This document shows positions 8,754 through 17,853 of a stretch of DNA of 49,575 bases, piece after piece. Every line of letters begins with the position of its first letter. The stretch's first letter is position 1. Source of the DNA: Chloroflexota bacterium (lineage in GTDB: Bacteria; Chloroflexota; Limnocylindria; Limnocylindrales; CSP1-4); assembly GCA_040905225.1 (NCBI GenBank), contig JBBDRY010000126.1, forward strand, positions 18,279 to 67,853, in the 5' to 3' direction. The position numbers and the translations under genes are program-made. The notes below the pieces were generated by a model that saw nothing but the letters and a program-made list of their open reading frames with translations, was not told the origin of the DNA and made no database searches.

Positions 8754-11438
8754 ATGAACCGCCCATCCCCTATCCCTGACCCCTTTTCGGCGCGCGCAGC
8801 GCTGAACGTCGGGGACCGCTCGTACAACTATTACCGGCTCGATCGTAGCGGCCTGGCCGATCTGGCGCACGCGCCGATGACGGTCAAGGTCCTCCTGGAG
8901 AACGTGCTCCGGAACGCTGGTCGTGGGGTCGTGCGCGAGGAAGAGGCGCGCGTCCTGGCGACGTGGAGACCACGAGCCGCCATCGAGGCCGAGGTGCCGT
9001 TCATGCCCGCACGGGTCCTGCTCCAGGACTTCACGGGCGTACCGGCCGTGGTTGACCTGGCAGCCATGCGCGACGCGATGGCAGCCATCGGCGGTGACCC
9101 GGCGAGGATCGAACCGCTGGTGCCGGCCGACCTGGTGATTGACCACTCGGTCCAGGTGGACCGCTACCGGACGCCGGACTCCTTCGCCTTCAACGTCGAT
9201 CGCGAGTACGAACGGAATACCGAGCGCTATCAGCTATTGCGCTGGGCTCAGTCCGCGTTCAACGGCCTGCGCGTCGTGCCCCCCGGCACAGGCATCGTGC
9301 ACCAGGTCAACCTCGAGTATCTCGCCCAGGTAGTCGTCGCCCGCGAGGACGACGATGGCAGCACCGTCGCCTTCCCCGACACGCTGGTCGGCACCGACTC
9401 GCACACCACGATGGTCAACGGCCTGGGCGTGCTCGGCTACGGCGTCGGCGGGATCGAGGCAGAGGCGGTCCTGCTGGGCCAGCCCTTGTACGTGCCCATG
9501 CCGCGCGTGGTCGGCGTTCGGCTGCTGGGCGATCTGCCCAAGGGGAGCACCGCCACCGATCTCGTGCTGGTCATCAGCCACATGTTGCGTGCCCATGGCG
9601 TGGTGGGCTCGTTCGTCGAGTTCGCCGGCGATGGTCTGGCCTCGCTGGCCCTCGCCGATAGGGCCACCATCTCGAACATGTCGCCCGAGTACGGCGCGAC
9701 CGCGGCGCTCTTCCCGATAGACGGCGAGACGCTGGCATACCTGCGCCAGACCGGTCGGGACGAGTCGCAGATCCAGCTCGTCGAGCGCTACGCCAAGGAG
9801 AACGCGCTGTGGCGCGAGCCGGGGCGCGGGCCGGAGTTCGACGAGGCGCTCGAGCTCGACCTTTCCACCGTCGCGCCGACCCTCGCCGGCCCGCGTCGTC
9901 CGCAGGACAAGGTGAGCCTGCCCGAGCTGCGCGACAACTTCCGGGATGCCTACCCTCAGGTGGCCGAGCGCAAGCCGGTCGTGGTCGAGGCAGGCGGCCA
10001 GTCGGTGACGATCGACCACGGCGCCGTGGTGATCGCTGCCATCACGAGCTGCACGAACACCAGCAACCCAACAGTGATGGTCGGTGCGGGCCTGCTGGCG
10101 CGAAACGCGATTGCGCGCGGGCTGACCGTGGGCGCGACGGTCAAGACGAGCATGGCGCCGGGGTCTCGCGCCGTGACCGAGTATCTGACCCGAGCCGAGT
10201 TGCTGGCCCCGCTCGAGCAGCTTGGCTTCGGCATCGTCGGCTACGGCTGCACCACGTGCATCGGCAACAGTGGCCCGCTCGACGCTCCGGTTGCGGAGGC
10301 GATCGAGCACAACGACCTCGTGGTCACGGCCGTTCTGTCGGGCAACCGCAACTTCGAGGGCCGCATCCATCCCCTCGCGCGAGCGAGCTACCTCGCGTCG
10401 CCGCCGCTGGTGGTGGCGTTCGCGCTCGCCGGCACGGTCGAGATCGACCTGCTGTCCGAACCCCTCGGGCACGACAGCGCGGGTCAGCCCGTGTTCCTGG
10501 CCGACATCTGGCCCACCGCCGACGAGGTCAAGGAGACCATCGCGTCGGCGGTCTCGCCGGACATCTTCCAGCGCATCTACGGCAAGGTCTTCGACGGCGA
10601 CGAGCGTTGGCGAGGGCTACCCGTGCCCATCGGCAGCAACCGATACGAATGGGATGCCTCGTCCACGTACGTGGCGCGGCCGCCATTCCTCGACGGCATC
10701 GGCATGGAGCCCGCACCGATCAGTGACATCGTCGGCGCGCGTGCCCTGGCCGTGTTCGGTGACTCCGTAACGACGGACCACATCTCCCCGGCCGGTTCGA
10801 TTCCGGCCTGGAGCCCTGCCGGGCTGTGGCTCCAGGACCATGGCGTAGCGCCGCTTGCGTTCAACAGCTATGGGGCTCGGCGTGGCAACCACGAGGTCCT
10901 GATGCGCGGCACCTTCGGGAACATCCGCTTGCGCAACGCCATGGTCGAGAAGGAGGGTCCCTACACGGCCCACCAGCCCACCGGCGAGGAGATGTTCATC
11001 TACGACGCCGCGATGAGATACCGCGGCGAAGGGGTGCCGCTGATCGTCATCGCCGGGCGCGAATATGGCGGTGGGTCGTCCCGTGACTGGGCGGCCAAGG
11101 GTCCGGCGCTGCTCGGCGTCCGTGCCGTCCTGGCCGAGACATACGAGCGCATCCATCGCACCAACCTTGTCGGCATGGGCATCCTGCCGCTCCAGTTCCT
11201 GCCCGGACAGAACGCCGCCTCACTCGGCCTGACCGGCCGCGAGGAGTTCGATGTGGCCGGTCTATCGGACGGCCTGGCGCAGGGACAGAAGGTCAAGCTC
11301 CGCGTTCGAGACGGGTCAGCAGAGCGCATGATCGAAGTCATCTGCCGGCTTGATGGGCCAGTCGAGCTCGACTACTACCGCCAGGGCGGAATCCTGCCGG
11401 CTGTCCTGCGACGGCTGGCGAGCGAGCCCGCTCACTAG
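8754..11438 (+). CDS. acnA: Aconitate hydratase A
   Basis: RVLLQDFTGVP, GTDSHTTM, AAITSCTNTSNP, GYGCTTCIGNSG, SGNRNFEGR. ATG at 8754 with GAGGAGG RBS. Confidence 0.97.
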   Translation: MNRPSPIPDPFSARAALNVGDRSYNYYRLDRSGLADLAHAPMTVKVLLENVLRNAGRGVVREEEARVLATWRPRAAIEAEVPFMPARVLLQDFTGVPAVVDLAAMRDAMAAIGGDPARIEPLVPADLVIDHSVQVDRYRTPDSFAFNVDREYERNTERYQLLRWAQSAFNGLRVVPPGTGIVHQVNLEYLAQVVVAREDDDGSTVAFPDTLVGTDSHTTMVNGLGVLGYGVGGIEAEAVLLGQPLYVPMPRVVGVRLLGDLPKGSTATDLVLVISHMLRAHGVVGSFVEFAGDGLASLALADRATISNMSPEYGATAALFPIDGETLAYLRQTGRDESQIQLVERYAKENALWREPGRGPEFDEALELDLSTVAPTLAGPRRPQDKVSLPELRDNFRDAYPQVAERKPVVVEAGGQSVTIDHGAVVIAAITSCTNTSNPTVMVGAGLLARNAIARGLTVGATVKTSMAPGSRAVTEYLTRAELLAPLEQLGFGIVGYGCTTCIGNSGPLDAPVAEAIEHNDLVVTAVLSGNRNFEGRIHPLARASYLASPPLVVAFALAGTVEIDLLSEPLGHDSAGQPVFLADIWPTADEVKETIASAVSPDIFQRIYGKVFDGDERWRGLPVPIGSNRYEWDASSTYVARPPFLDGIGMEPAPISDIVGARALAVFGDSVTTDHISPAGSIPAWSPAGLWLQDHGVAPLAFNSYGARRGNHEVLMRGTFGNIRLRNAMVEKEGPYTAHQPTGEEMFIYDAAMRYRGEGVPLIVIAGREYGGGSSRDWAAKGPALLGVRAVLAETYERIHRTNLVGMGILPLQFLPGQNAASLGLTGREEFDVAGLSDGLAQGQKVKLRVRDGSAERMIEVICRLDGPVELDYYRQGGILPAVLRRLASEPAH

Positions 11439-11454
11439 TCGATCGCTGCGTAGC

Positions 11455-12129
11455 GTGACCGCCGGCAGCTGGCTAACGCGCGCTCTTTCGGTCGGTCAGT
11501 CGGCGCCGATCGCCGTGGCCATCCTGGTCGCGGCCAACCTCGTCCCGCTAATCGGCGTCCTCTGGTTCGGCTGGGACGTTGGGATGATCCTGATCACCTA
11601 CTGGCTGGAGAACGGCATCGTCGGCCTGCTGAACGTCTTCAAGATTCTGCTGGCCACGGGCGAGCGATCGCCTGCCGCGGTCCGCGGTCGCGGCCGCTAT
11701 GGCATCGCCGCGTTCTTTGGTGTCCACTACGGGCTCTTCTGGGTCGTGCACGGCGTGTTCGTGCTGCTTCTCACCGGACGCGGCATAGCGCGAGGCGTGC
11801 TCGACCCGCTGGGGATCGTCTTCTCGGAACCCGCGCTCGTGCTCGCGGCCGCGGCGCTTTTAACCAGTCACGCCGCCAGCTTCTGGCTGAACTTCATCGG
11901 CCGCCGCGAATACCTCGCGACCTCGGTTGACAGTCAGATGTGGCAGCCGTACCCGCGCATGTTCGTGCTGCACATCACGATCGTCTTGGGTGGCGTGTTC
12001 CTTATCGGCCAAGGCCAGCCGATCTTCGCGCTGGCTCTGCTCGTCGTGCTGAAGACGGCAATCGACCTGTTCTTGCACCTGCGTGAGCACAGGCGCGCCC
12101 AGTCGGCCCTGCCGACGCTGATGACCTAG
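11455..12129 (+). CDS. Integral membrane protein (DUF6498-like)
   Basis: ANLVPLIGVLWFGW, YWLENGIVG, FFGVHYGLFWVVHGVF, PYPRMFVLHITIV; several TM helices. Confidence 0.75.
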   Translation: MTAGSWLTRALSVGQSAPIAVAILVAANLVPLIGVLWFGWDVGMILITYWLENGIVGLLNVFKILLATGERSPAAVRGRGRYGIAAFFGVHYGLFWVVHGVFVLLLTGRGIARGVLDPLGIVFSEPALVLAAAALLTSHAASFWLNFIGRREYLATSVDSQMWQPYPRMFVLHITIVLGGVFLIGQGQPIFALALLVVLKTAIDLFLHLREHRRAQSALPTLMT

Positions 12130-12230
12130 ACGAGCAGCGTCAGCGTTCCAGGCTATGGGGTAGCGAGAAGCCGAACTCGCTACCACCGCCCTTGCGCGGC
12201 AGAGCCCAGATGCGGCCGCCAAGCGGCTTA

Positions 12231-12290
12231 CACCTCCGACTCGCGCTTATTGGTCGATGGTGCCAATCATGCGCGCGAGGCGGAAAGGTG
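12231..12290. terminator. Long imperfect hairpin between convergent genes
   Basis: Nested arms CACCT/AGGTG, CCG/CGG, CTCGCGC/GCGCGAG and ATTGG/CCAAT immediately 3' of the tRNA; no U-tract. Confidence 0.4.
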
Positions 12291-12295
12291 GGAGG

Positions 12296-12371
12296 TGGTG
12301 GGCGATACTGGATTCGAACCAGTGACCCCGCGGATGTGAACCGCGTGCTCTAACCACTGAGCCAATCGCCC
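12296..12371 (-). tRNA. tRNA-Val(CAC)
   Basis: Reverse complement folds as a cloverleaf: acceptor GGGCGAT/ATCGCCC, anticodon arm CGCGG-TTCACAT-CCGCG, T-loop TTCGAAT, encoded CCA. Confidence 0.96.
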
Positions 12372-12457
12372 CCGGGAACGTCCTCATCGGACAAGGACCA
12401 TTATCGGCTGGCCACCCACATAGCGCCAGCGGTCGTCATGGCGGGTCCGGCTCGAAC

Positions 12458-12769
12458 CTAGGATCCCCTTTCGGTAAGCCCGAGCGTCGGCCAGCGAGCT
12501 CGTATTTCGGCGGCGGGGGAACCTTCGATCGATACGAGCTTCAGTCGCGCAGCCGCGCCCCGTTCGAGTGACACGCTGGAGCGGGCGATCCCGAGCACAT
12601 CGGCGAGCATCCGCAGGACCGCCTCATTGGCAGCTCCCTCCGCGGCCGGAGCCCGCACCCTCAGGCGCAGCTCCCCGTCTGGCCCCACGCCGTCAACGCG
12701 GTCGGCGCCGCCCCGGGGCGTGACGCGAACCGTGAACCGGACGGTCTGGCTCAGGCGCGACCCGATCAG
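12458..12769 (-). CDS. DUF167/YggU family protein
   Basis: VRVTPRGG...LRVRAPAAEGAANEA...GAAARLK. Conserved N-terminus lies upstream of the ORF-track start; CTG at 12769 is 7 nt after GGAGG. Confidence 0.85.
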   Translation of the reverse strand: MIGSRLSQTVRFTVRVTPRGGADRVDGVGPDGELRLRVRAPAAEGAANEAVLRMLADVLGIARSSVSLERGAAARLKLVSIEGSPAAEIRARWPTLGLTERGS

Positions 12770-12809
12770 CGCGAAACCTCCACCGATTCAGTTTAGGAGC
12801 AAGCGACGG

Positions 12810-13541
12810 TCAGTCCGAGGGACGGTTGCCGAAGAGGGCTCGCCCGACGCGGACCACGGTGGCCCCCTCCTCCACCGCGACCTCGAAGTCGTCGCTCATG
12901 CCCATCGACAGGCCGCCGCCCAGCCCGCCATGTGACTGCCGCATTTGGGTGCTCAGCTCGCGCAGGGCGCGAAACGTGGGCCGGGCGTCGTCGGCTCTAT
13001 CGACAAGTCGGCCGACCGTCATCAGCCCCGTGATGTCCAGGCCGGCGATCGTGCTGAGCAACGTGAGCGCAACGTCGAGCTCGTCGGGGGCGAATCCCTG
13101 CTTGTGCGGGTCTCGGTCGACGTTGACCTGGAGGTAGATGGGCAGAGGCCGTCCATCTCGGACGTCGTGCGCGAGCATCGCCAGGCGCGTGCCGAGCTCG
13201 ACCGAATCCACCGATTCGACAACATCGAACAGCTCAACGGCGCGGGCGGCCTTGTTCGACTGGAGGTGGCCGACCAGGTGCCAGGTCGCCCCCGGAACCT
13301 CGCCCGCCTTGGCTTGCGCTTCCTGGACCCGGTTCTCGCCGAAGGTGGTCAGTCCCGCGGCTACTGCGGCCCGCAATCGCGACGCGTTGACAGACTTGGA
13401 GACGGCGACGAGCTCTACGTCCGCTGGGTCGCGGCTGGCCCGATGAGCGGCCGCGGCGATTCGCCTCAGGACAGCCTCGTGAGCCGCGCGCAGCGCCTCG
13501 ATCTCGGCCTGTGGCGGTGTGGGTGTGGGGCGGTCGGTCAG
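12810..13541 (-). CDS. yggS: PLP homeostasis protein (YggS/PLPBP)
   Basis: LVAVSK (PLP Lys; upstream of the ORF-track start), [38 protein letters not shown]. Likely CTG start overlapping the ftsZ stop. Confidence 0.93.
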   Translation of the reverse strand: MTDRPTPTPPQAEIEALRAAHEAVLRRIAAAAHRASRDPADVELVAVSKSVNASRLRAAVAAGLTTFGENRVQEAQAKAGEVPGATWHLVGHLQSNKAARAVELFDVVESVDSVELGTRLAMLAHDVRDGRPLPIYLQVNVDRDPHKQGFAPDELDVALTLLSTIAGLDITGLMTVGRLVDRADDARPTFRALRELSTQMRQSHGGLGGGLSMGMSDDFEVAVEEGATVVRVGRALFGNRPSD

Positions 13542-14755
13542 CGGTGCCGGCGCAGGAACGCCGGGATGTCGAGGTCTTCGATCTCGGTCTGCGGGCCGCG
13601 GCGCGGTTCGATCCGATCGTTGCTGCGCGGCGCGATCATGGCCGCGGCGGGCAGCCCATCCGACTCAGGTGTGACCGGGATCGCCGTCTGTGGACGCTCC
13701 TCGAGCTCCATGTCGCGATAGGCCTCTCGCTCGCGTGCGACTCGTAGCCCGCTCGCGACCTCGACCGGCATCTGGACGTGCGTCCGGGCCACCTCCCGCT
13801 TGCGCGAGGCGTCGAAACCGGTCGCGATGACCGTGATCGAGATCTCGTCGCCCATGCGCTCGTCGATGACGGTGCCGAAGATGATGTTCGCCTCGGGATC
13901 GGCCGTGGCGCGGATGATCTCGGCCGCCTCGTCGACCTCGAAGAGGCCCAGGTTGGCACCGCCAGTAACGTTGAACAGCACGCCCTGCGCGCCACTGATG
14001 TTGACCTCCAGAAGCGGGCTGGCGATGGCCTCCCTGGCGGCCGCGGCTGCGCGGCCCTCGCCACTCGCCCGGCCGATGCCCATGAGCGCGGATCCTGCGT
14101 CCTTCATGACGGCGCGCACGTCGGCGAAGTCGAGGTTGATGAGGCCGGGAACGGTGATCAGGTCGCTGATCCCCTGGACGCCCTGGCGCAGAACGTCGTC
14201 GACGACCCGGAAGGCGTCGAGGATTGACGTCTCCTTCTGTACAACGTCCTTCAGGCGATCGTTGGGGATGATGATCAGGGTGTCGACCTTGTCGCGAAGC
14301 AGCTCCGTGCCCTTTTCGGCGTTGAGGCGGCGTCGGGCGCCCTCGAAGCCGAACGGCTTGGTGACGACGCCGATCGTCAGCGCACCAAGGTCACGCGCCA
14401 CTTCGGCGATGACCGGCGCCGCACCGGATCCGGTGCCGCCGCCCATGCCCGCGGTGATGAAGACCATGTCCGAATCCTTGAGCGCCTCGAAGATCTTCTC
14501 GGCGTCTTCTTCGGCTGCCCGCTGGCCGATGCCGGGGTCGCCGCCGGCGCCCAGGCCGCGCGTGATCTTGTCGCCGATGCGGATCTTGTGCGGCGCGTCG
14601 GATTGCAGCAGCGCTTGCGCGTCAGTGTTGACTGAGATGAACTCCACGCCCATCAACTCGGCACGGATCATCCGGTTGACGGCGTTGCTCCCGCCGCCGC
14701 CTACACCGATCACCCGGATGAGTGCGAAGTTCTCCGAGTCCGACCGCAACGGCAT
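13538..14755 (-). CDS. ftsZ: Cell division protein FtsZ
   Basis: [15 protein letters not shown], tubulin motif [16 protein letters not shown]-terminal [10 protein letters not shown]. Confidence 0.98.
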   Translation of the reverse strand: MPLRSDSENFALIRVIGVGGGGSNAVNRMIRAELMGVEFISVNTDAQALLQSDAPHKIRIGDKITRGLGAGGDPGIGQRAAEEDAEKIFEALKDSDMVFITAGMGGGTGSGAAPVIAEVARDLGALTIGVVTKPFGFEGARRRLNAEKGTELLRDKVDTLIIIPNDRLKDVVQKETSILDAFRVVDDVLRQGVQGISDLITVPGLINLDFADVRAVMKDAGSALMGIGRASGEGRAAAAAREAIASPLLEVNISGAQGVLFNVTGGANLGLFEVDEAAEIIRATADPEANIIFGTVIDERMGDEISITVIATGFDASRKREVARTHVQMPVEVASGLRVAREREAYRDMELEERPQTAIPVTPESDGLPAAAMIAPRSNDRIEPRRGPQTEIEDLDIPAFLRRHR

Positions 14756-14969
14756 GACCAAACCCCTCCACCAAGCGTCTAAAACCAGCCACCGGGCCGG
14801 CGAGGGCGCAACCGCCGGGAAACCGATTCGGATTGGGCGAAGTATAGACCGGCGACCCAGAAGCGAGGCGGCGACTTTGGTCCTGCGAAGTCCGATTCGG
14901 TAGCAGTTTCTCGCGCGATTGTGGAGGAGTTGTGGACAGCCGAGGCGGCCGTCAACAGGCGGCGCTGGG

Positions 14970-15374
14970 CTAGTCGCCGATGAAGCTCAGCACCACCCGG
15001 CGGCTCGCGTTGTCTGTATTCGGGTCGAGCAGTGCGATCGACTGCCAGGTCCCCAGGTGCAGTTCACCGTTGACTACGGGCACCACGACGGATGGCGCTA
15101 TGAGCAACGGTAGGACGTGGTCCGCGCCGTGGCCGCGCGAGCCGTGCGCGTGACGCCAGCGATCGTCGCGCGGCAGGATCGTGTCAAGGGTCGCCAGCAG
15201 GTCCACATCGGAGCCAGCGCCGAGCTCCATGATCACGACGCCAGCTGTGGCGTGCGGCACGAAGACATTGAGCAAGCCATCGCCCTCGCCGGCCACGAAT
15301 TTGGCTCACTCGGCGGTGATATCGAACAGCCCGCGGCGCGATCCGGTTTGGACAGTCAGTTCCGTACGCCTCAT
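14970..15374 (-). CDS. yjbQ: YjbQ/UPF0047 family protein interrupted by an in-frame TGA at codon 23 (recoded or pseudogene)
   Basis: [33 protein letters not shown] at 15374 reads [35 protein letters not shown] in frame. Confidence 0.8.
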
Positions 15375-15403
15375 GTCGGGCGGTTAAAGCGTCTGGTTGG
15401 ACT

Positions 15404-15436
15404 TGACATAACGCCTCGCACCCGTGCGTTATGTCA
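15404..15436. repeat. Perfect 11-bp inverted repeat (operator or REP-like)
   Basis: TGACATAACGC-N11-GCGTTATGTCA. Confidence 0.7.
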
Positions 15437-15603
15437 CGAGGCGGGAACGTTTCGTAGGCCGTGACGAGTGTCCCGAGGCATCGTCAAGCGTGAGCACTCG
15501 GCGATCGGGATCCGATTCTGTCCGAAGTTTGGTATCAAGCTCGTTTAGTGCTCGTTGGCTGAGCATAAGACCGGCTTGCCTGCCTGCTCTCGGCCATGAC
15601 AGC

Positions 15604-16839
15604 CTACGGAAAGAGGCCGCGCGCCCACTCCCGCATTCGATTCAGAATCCCCGGCGTGGGTCCCGATTCGTAGCGAGAGGCCTCGTACCCCTGGACCGAG
15701 CGGGCCCCCCACATCAGGAGGCCGAGCGAGGTACTGAACTCGGGCGTGAGCAGGTGGTCGGTCAGTCCCGCTACGCCCGACGGACCGGCGACTCGAACCG
15801 GCGCCTGGAGTACTTCCCGCCCCAGTCGGGCGGCACCTGCCAACTGCGAAGCGCCACCGGTCATGACGACGCCCGCCGGCAACATCCCGGCGTAACCAGA
15901 GCGTTCGATCTCGGCACCGATCTTCTCGAACACCTCGCGCATGCGCGCCTCGATGATCTCGGCCAGCTCGTGGCGCGAGGCGGTCCATGAGTCGCCCTCG
16001 CCGATACCCTGGATGTCGACCTGCTCGTCCTTCTTGACCGACGAGGGGTCCGCGGTGCCGTGGCGGATCTTCAGGTCCTCCGCCGCGGTCAGGCTTGTCT
16101 TGAGTCCGATCGCGATGTCATTCGTGACGTTGTTGCCGCCCAGTGGCAGGACCGCGGTGTGAAACGGCGACCCGTCCATGAACAGGGCGAGGTCGATCGT
16201 GCCCGCACCGAAGTCGGCGACCGCGACGCCCAGCTCGCGCTCGGTTTCTGTCAGCACCGCGTCCCCTGATGCCAGCGACGCTGCCACGAGCTCGTCGATG
16301 CGGATGTCCGCGCGCTGGACGCACTTCGTCAGGTTCTGCACGGCCGTCGCGCTGGCATGAACGATGTGGGTCTCGACCTCGAGCCGGATGGCGCTCATGC
16401 CGAGCGGATCCTTGACGCCCTCCTGACCGTCGACCACGAAGCCGCGCGGCAGCACATGCAGCACCTCGCGATTCGACGGGATGGTCACCGCCCGAGCCAC
16501 CTCGGTGGCGCGCTCCACGTCCTCGCGAGTCACTTCGCGCCGTGCGCCGCTCACTGCAACGGCGCCGCGCGAGTTCTGGCTCTCCACGTGGTTCCCGCCG
16601 ACGGCGACGATCGCCGATTCGATCCGGTAGCCGGACAGCCGCTCCGCGGCCTCGCGCGCAGCGCGGATGGACCCGACCGTCTGGTCGATGTTGATGACGA
16701 CGCCCTTCTTCAGCCCGGACGATGCAAGCGAGCCCTTGCCGATGACAGTCACGCCCGTTTCACGCGTGACTTCGCCGATGAGCGCGACGACCTTGCTCGT
16801 CCCTACGTCGAGGGCGACGAGTACCGCTTCCCGTTCCAC
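15604..16839 (-). CDS. ftsA: Cell division protein FtsA
   Basis: ALDVGTSKV, GLKKGVVINI, VADFGAGT, GGNNVTNDIA, VMTGGASQL. Confidence 0.97.
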   Translation of the reverse strand: MEREAVLVALDVGTSKVVALIGEVTRETGVTVIGKGSLASSGLKKGVVINIDQTVGSIRAAREAAERLSGYRIESAIVAVGGNHVESQNSRGAVAVSGARREVTREDVERATEVARAVTIPSNREVLHVLPRGFVVDGQEGVKDPLGMSAIRLEVETHIVHASATAVQNLTKCVQRADIRIDELVAASLASGDAVLTETERELGVAVADFGAGTIDLALFMDGSPFHTAVLPLGGNNVTNDIAIGLKTSLTAAEDLKIRHGTADPSSVKKDEQVDIQGIGEGDSWTASRHELAEIIEARMREVFEKIGAEIERSGYAGMLPAGVVMTGGASQLAGAARLGREVLQAPVRVAGPSGVAGLTDHLLTPEFSTSLGLLMWGARSVQGYEASRYESGPTPGILNRMREWARGLFP

Positions 16840-16947
16840 TGCCTAAGACTTTCCTCCGCCGAGGCGCCTGCTGGCGCCGGCTGCGCGCAAAGCGCCCGCG
16901 TCCCGCCGTTCCGGCGGGCTGCGGTCGTTGCTTGCGGTCATTCTCGC

Positions 16948-17853
16948 CTAAGTGGACGGCTGGGGAGACGCCGACTCGGACGGCGACTCAGAGGACGACT
17001 CGGACGGGGTCGGGCGGGGCAGGTACGTGCCGCAGCGCTCGTCCAGTGGAGCGAGGTAGATCACGGCCAGGTCGTCCTCGCCGGCCAACAACGCCGCGCG
17101 CAGGCACTGCACCTGGCGGTCGATGATGTCGACCGGTCGCAGGTTGGGCGTGTAGTGGCCGAAGATCGCTCGCCAGCCGTCGGGCTCGGCAGTCAGCACA
17201 TAGCCATCGGCGTCGTCGGCTGACACCGCCAGGGCGCCAAAGCGGGTGCCGATCATGGCCGGCGTTATCGCGGCCAGACGCAGGTCGGCATCAAGGGAGA
17301 CCTCGTCCAGGCGGCCGCCGATGTCGGCGTCGGGCGCGAAATCCTCGCGCAGGTCGGTGACCACGGGCAGCCCCAGTCCCGTGGCATCGGTCACCGGCAG
17401 CTCGTCGAGGATGTAGCCGTCCACGTCAACGACGAAAGCGCCGCGCAGGGTGGCCAGGACGAACGTCGGAGTGCGCTCGATGACGCTGATCACGAGCCGA
17501 TCGGGCAGCGTCACGAAAACGTCGGCGCCGGCAACGGCCGGAAGCGAGGCCAGCGCCCGCTCCATGCGGCCCGTGTCGATGCGAAACACGTTAGGGGTGG
17601 CATTTGCCGGCAATGCGATGGCCTCGCGGATGGCCTCGGACGGCGTGTAGACCAGGCTGGTGACTTCGACGCGGCCCGGGTCGAGGTCGAACTGGTGGCT
17701 GGTCACCAGCCAGCCGAACAGCGCCGCGGTGGAGACGGCCGCGAGTGCACCCAGGACACGCCAGCGGTTGAGCAGTGAGGGGACGACTCGGTCACGCGAC
17801 GTAACTCGGCGGCTGCGCCCGCCCGCGATCGGCTGGCGTGTCGGCAGCCGCAC
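16948..17853 (-). CDS. ftsQ: Cell division protein FtsQ/DivIB
   Basis: Single TM helix, POTRA-like LPAVAGADVFVTLPDRLVISVIERTP, position between ddl and ftsA. Confidence 0.82.
   Translation of the reverse strand: MRLPTRQPIAGGRSRRVTSRDRVVPSLLNRWRVLGALAAVSTAALFGWLVTSHQFDLDPGRVEVTSLVYTPSEAIREAIALPANATPNVFRIDTGRMERALASLPAVAGADVFVTLPDRLVISVIERTPTFVLATLRGAFVVDVDGYILDELPVTDATGLGLPVVTDLREDFAPDADIGGRLDEVSLDADLRLAAITPAMIGTRFGALAVSADDADGYVLTAEPDGWRAIFGHYTPNLRPVDIIDRQVQCLRAALLAGEDDLAVIYLAPLDERCGTYLPRPTPSESSSESPSESASPQPST

Noticed and set aside
12130-12457. tRNA-Val as an integration site for a mobile element
   Set aside because: No integrase, no duplicated tRNA 3' end noticed, and the flanks are housekeeping-type genes.
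15306-15308. Genome-wide UGA reassignment (code 4/25) as the explanation for the yjbQ TGA
   Set aside because: TGA is the genuine stop of many genes here (ftsZ, sdhA, sdhB, murB, gcvPA).
16960-17010. 12-bp imperfect repeats at the ftsQ 3' end
   Set aside because: They simply encode a Ser/Glu/Pro low-complexity tail.
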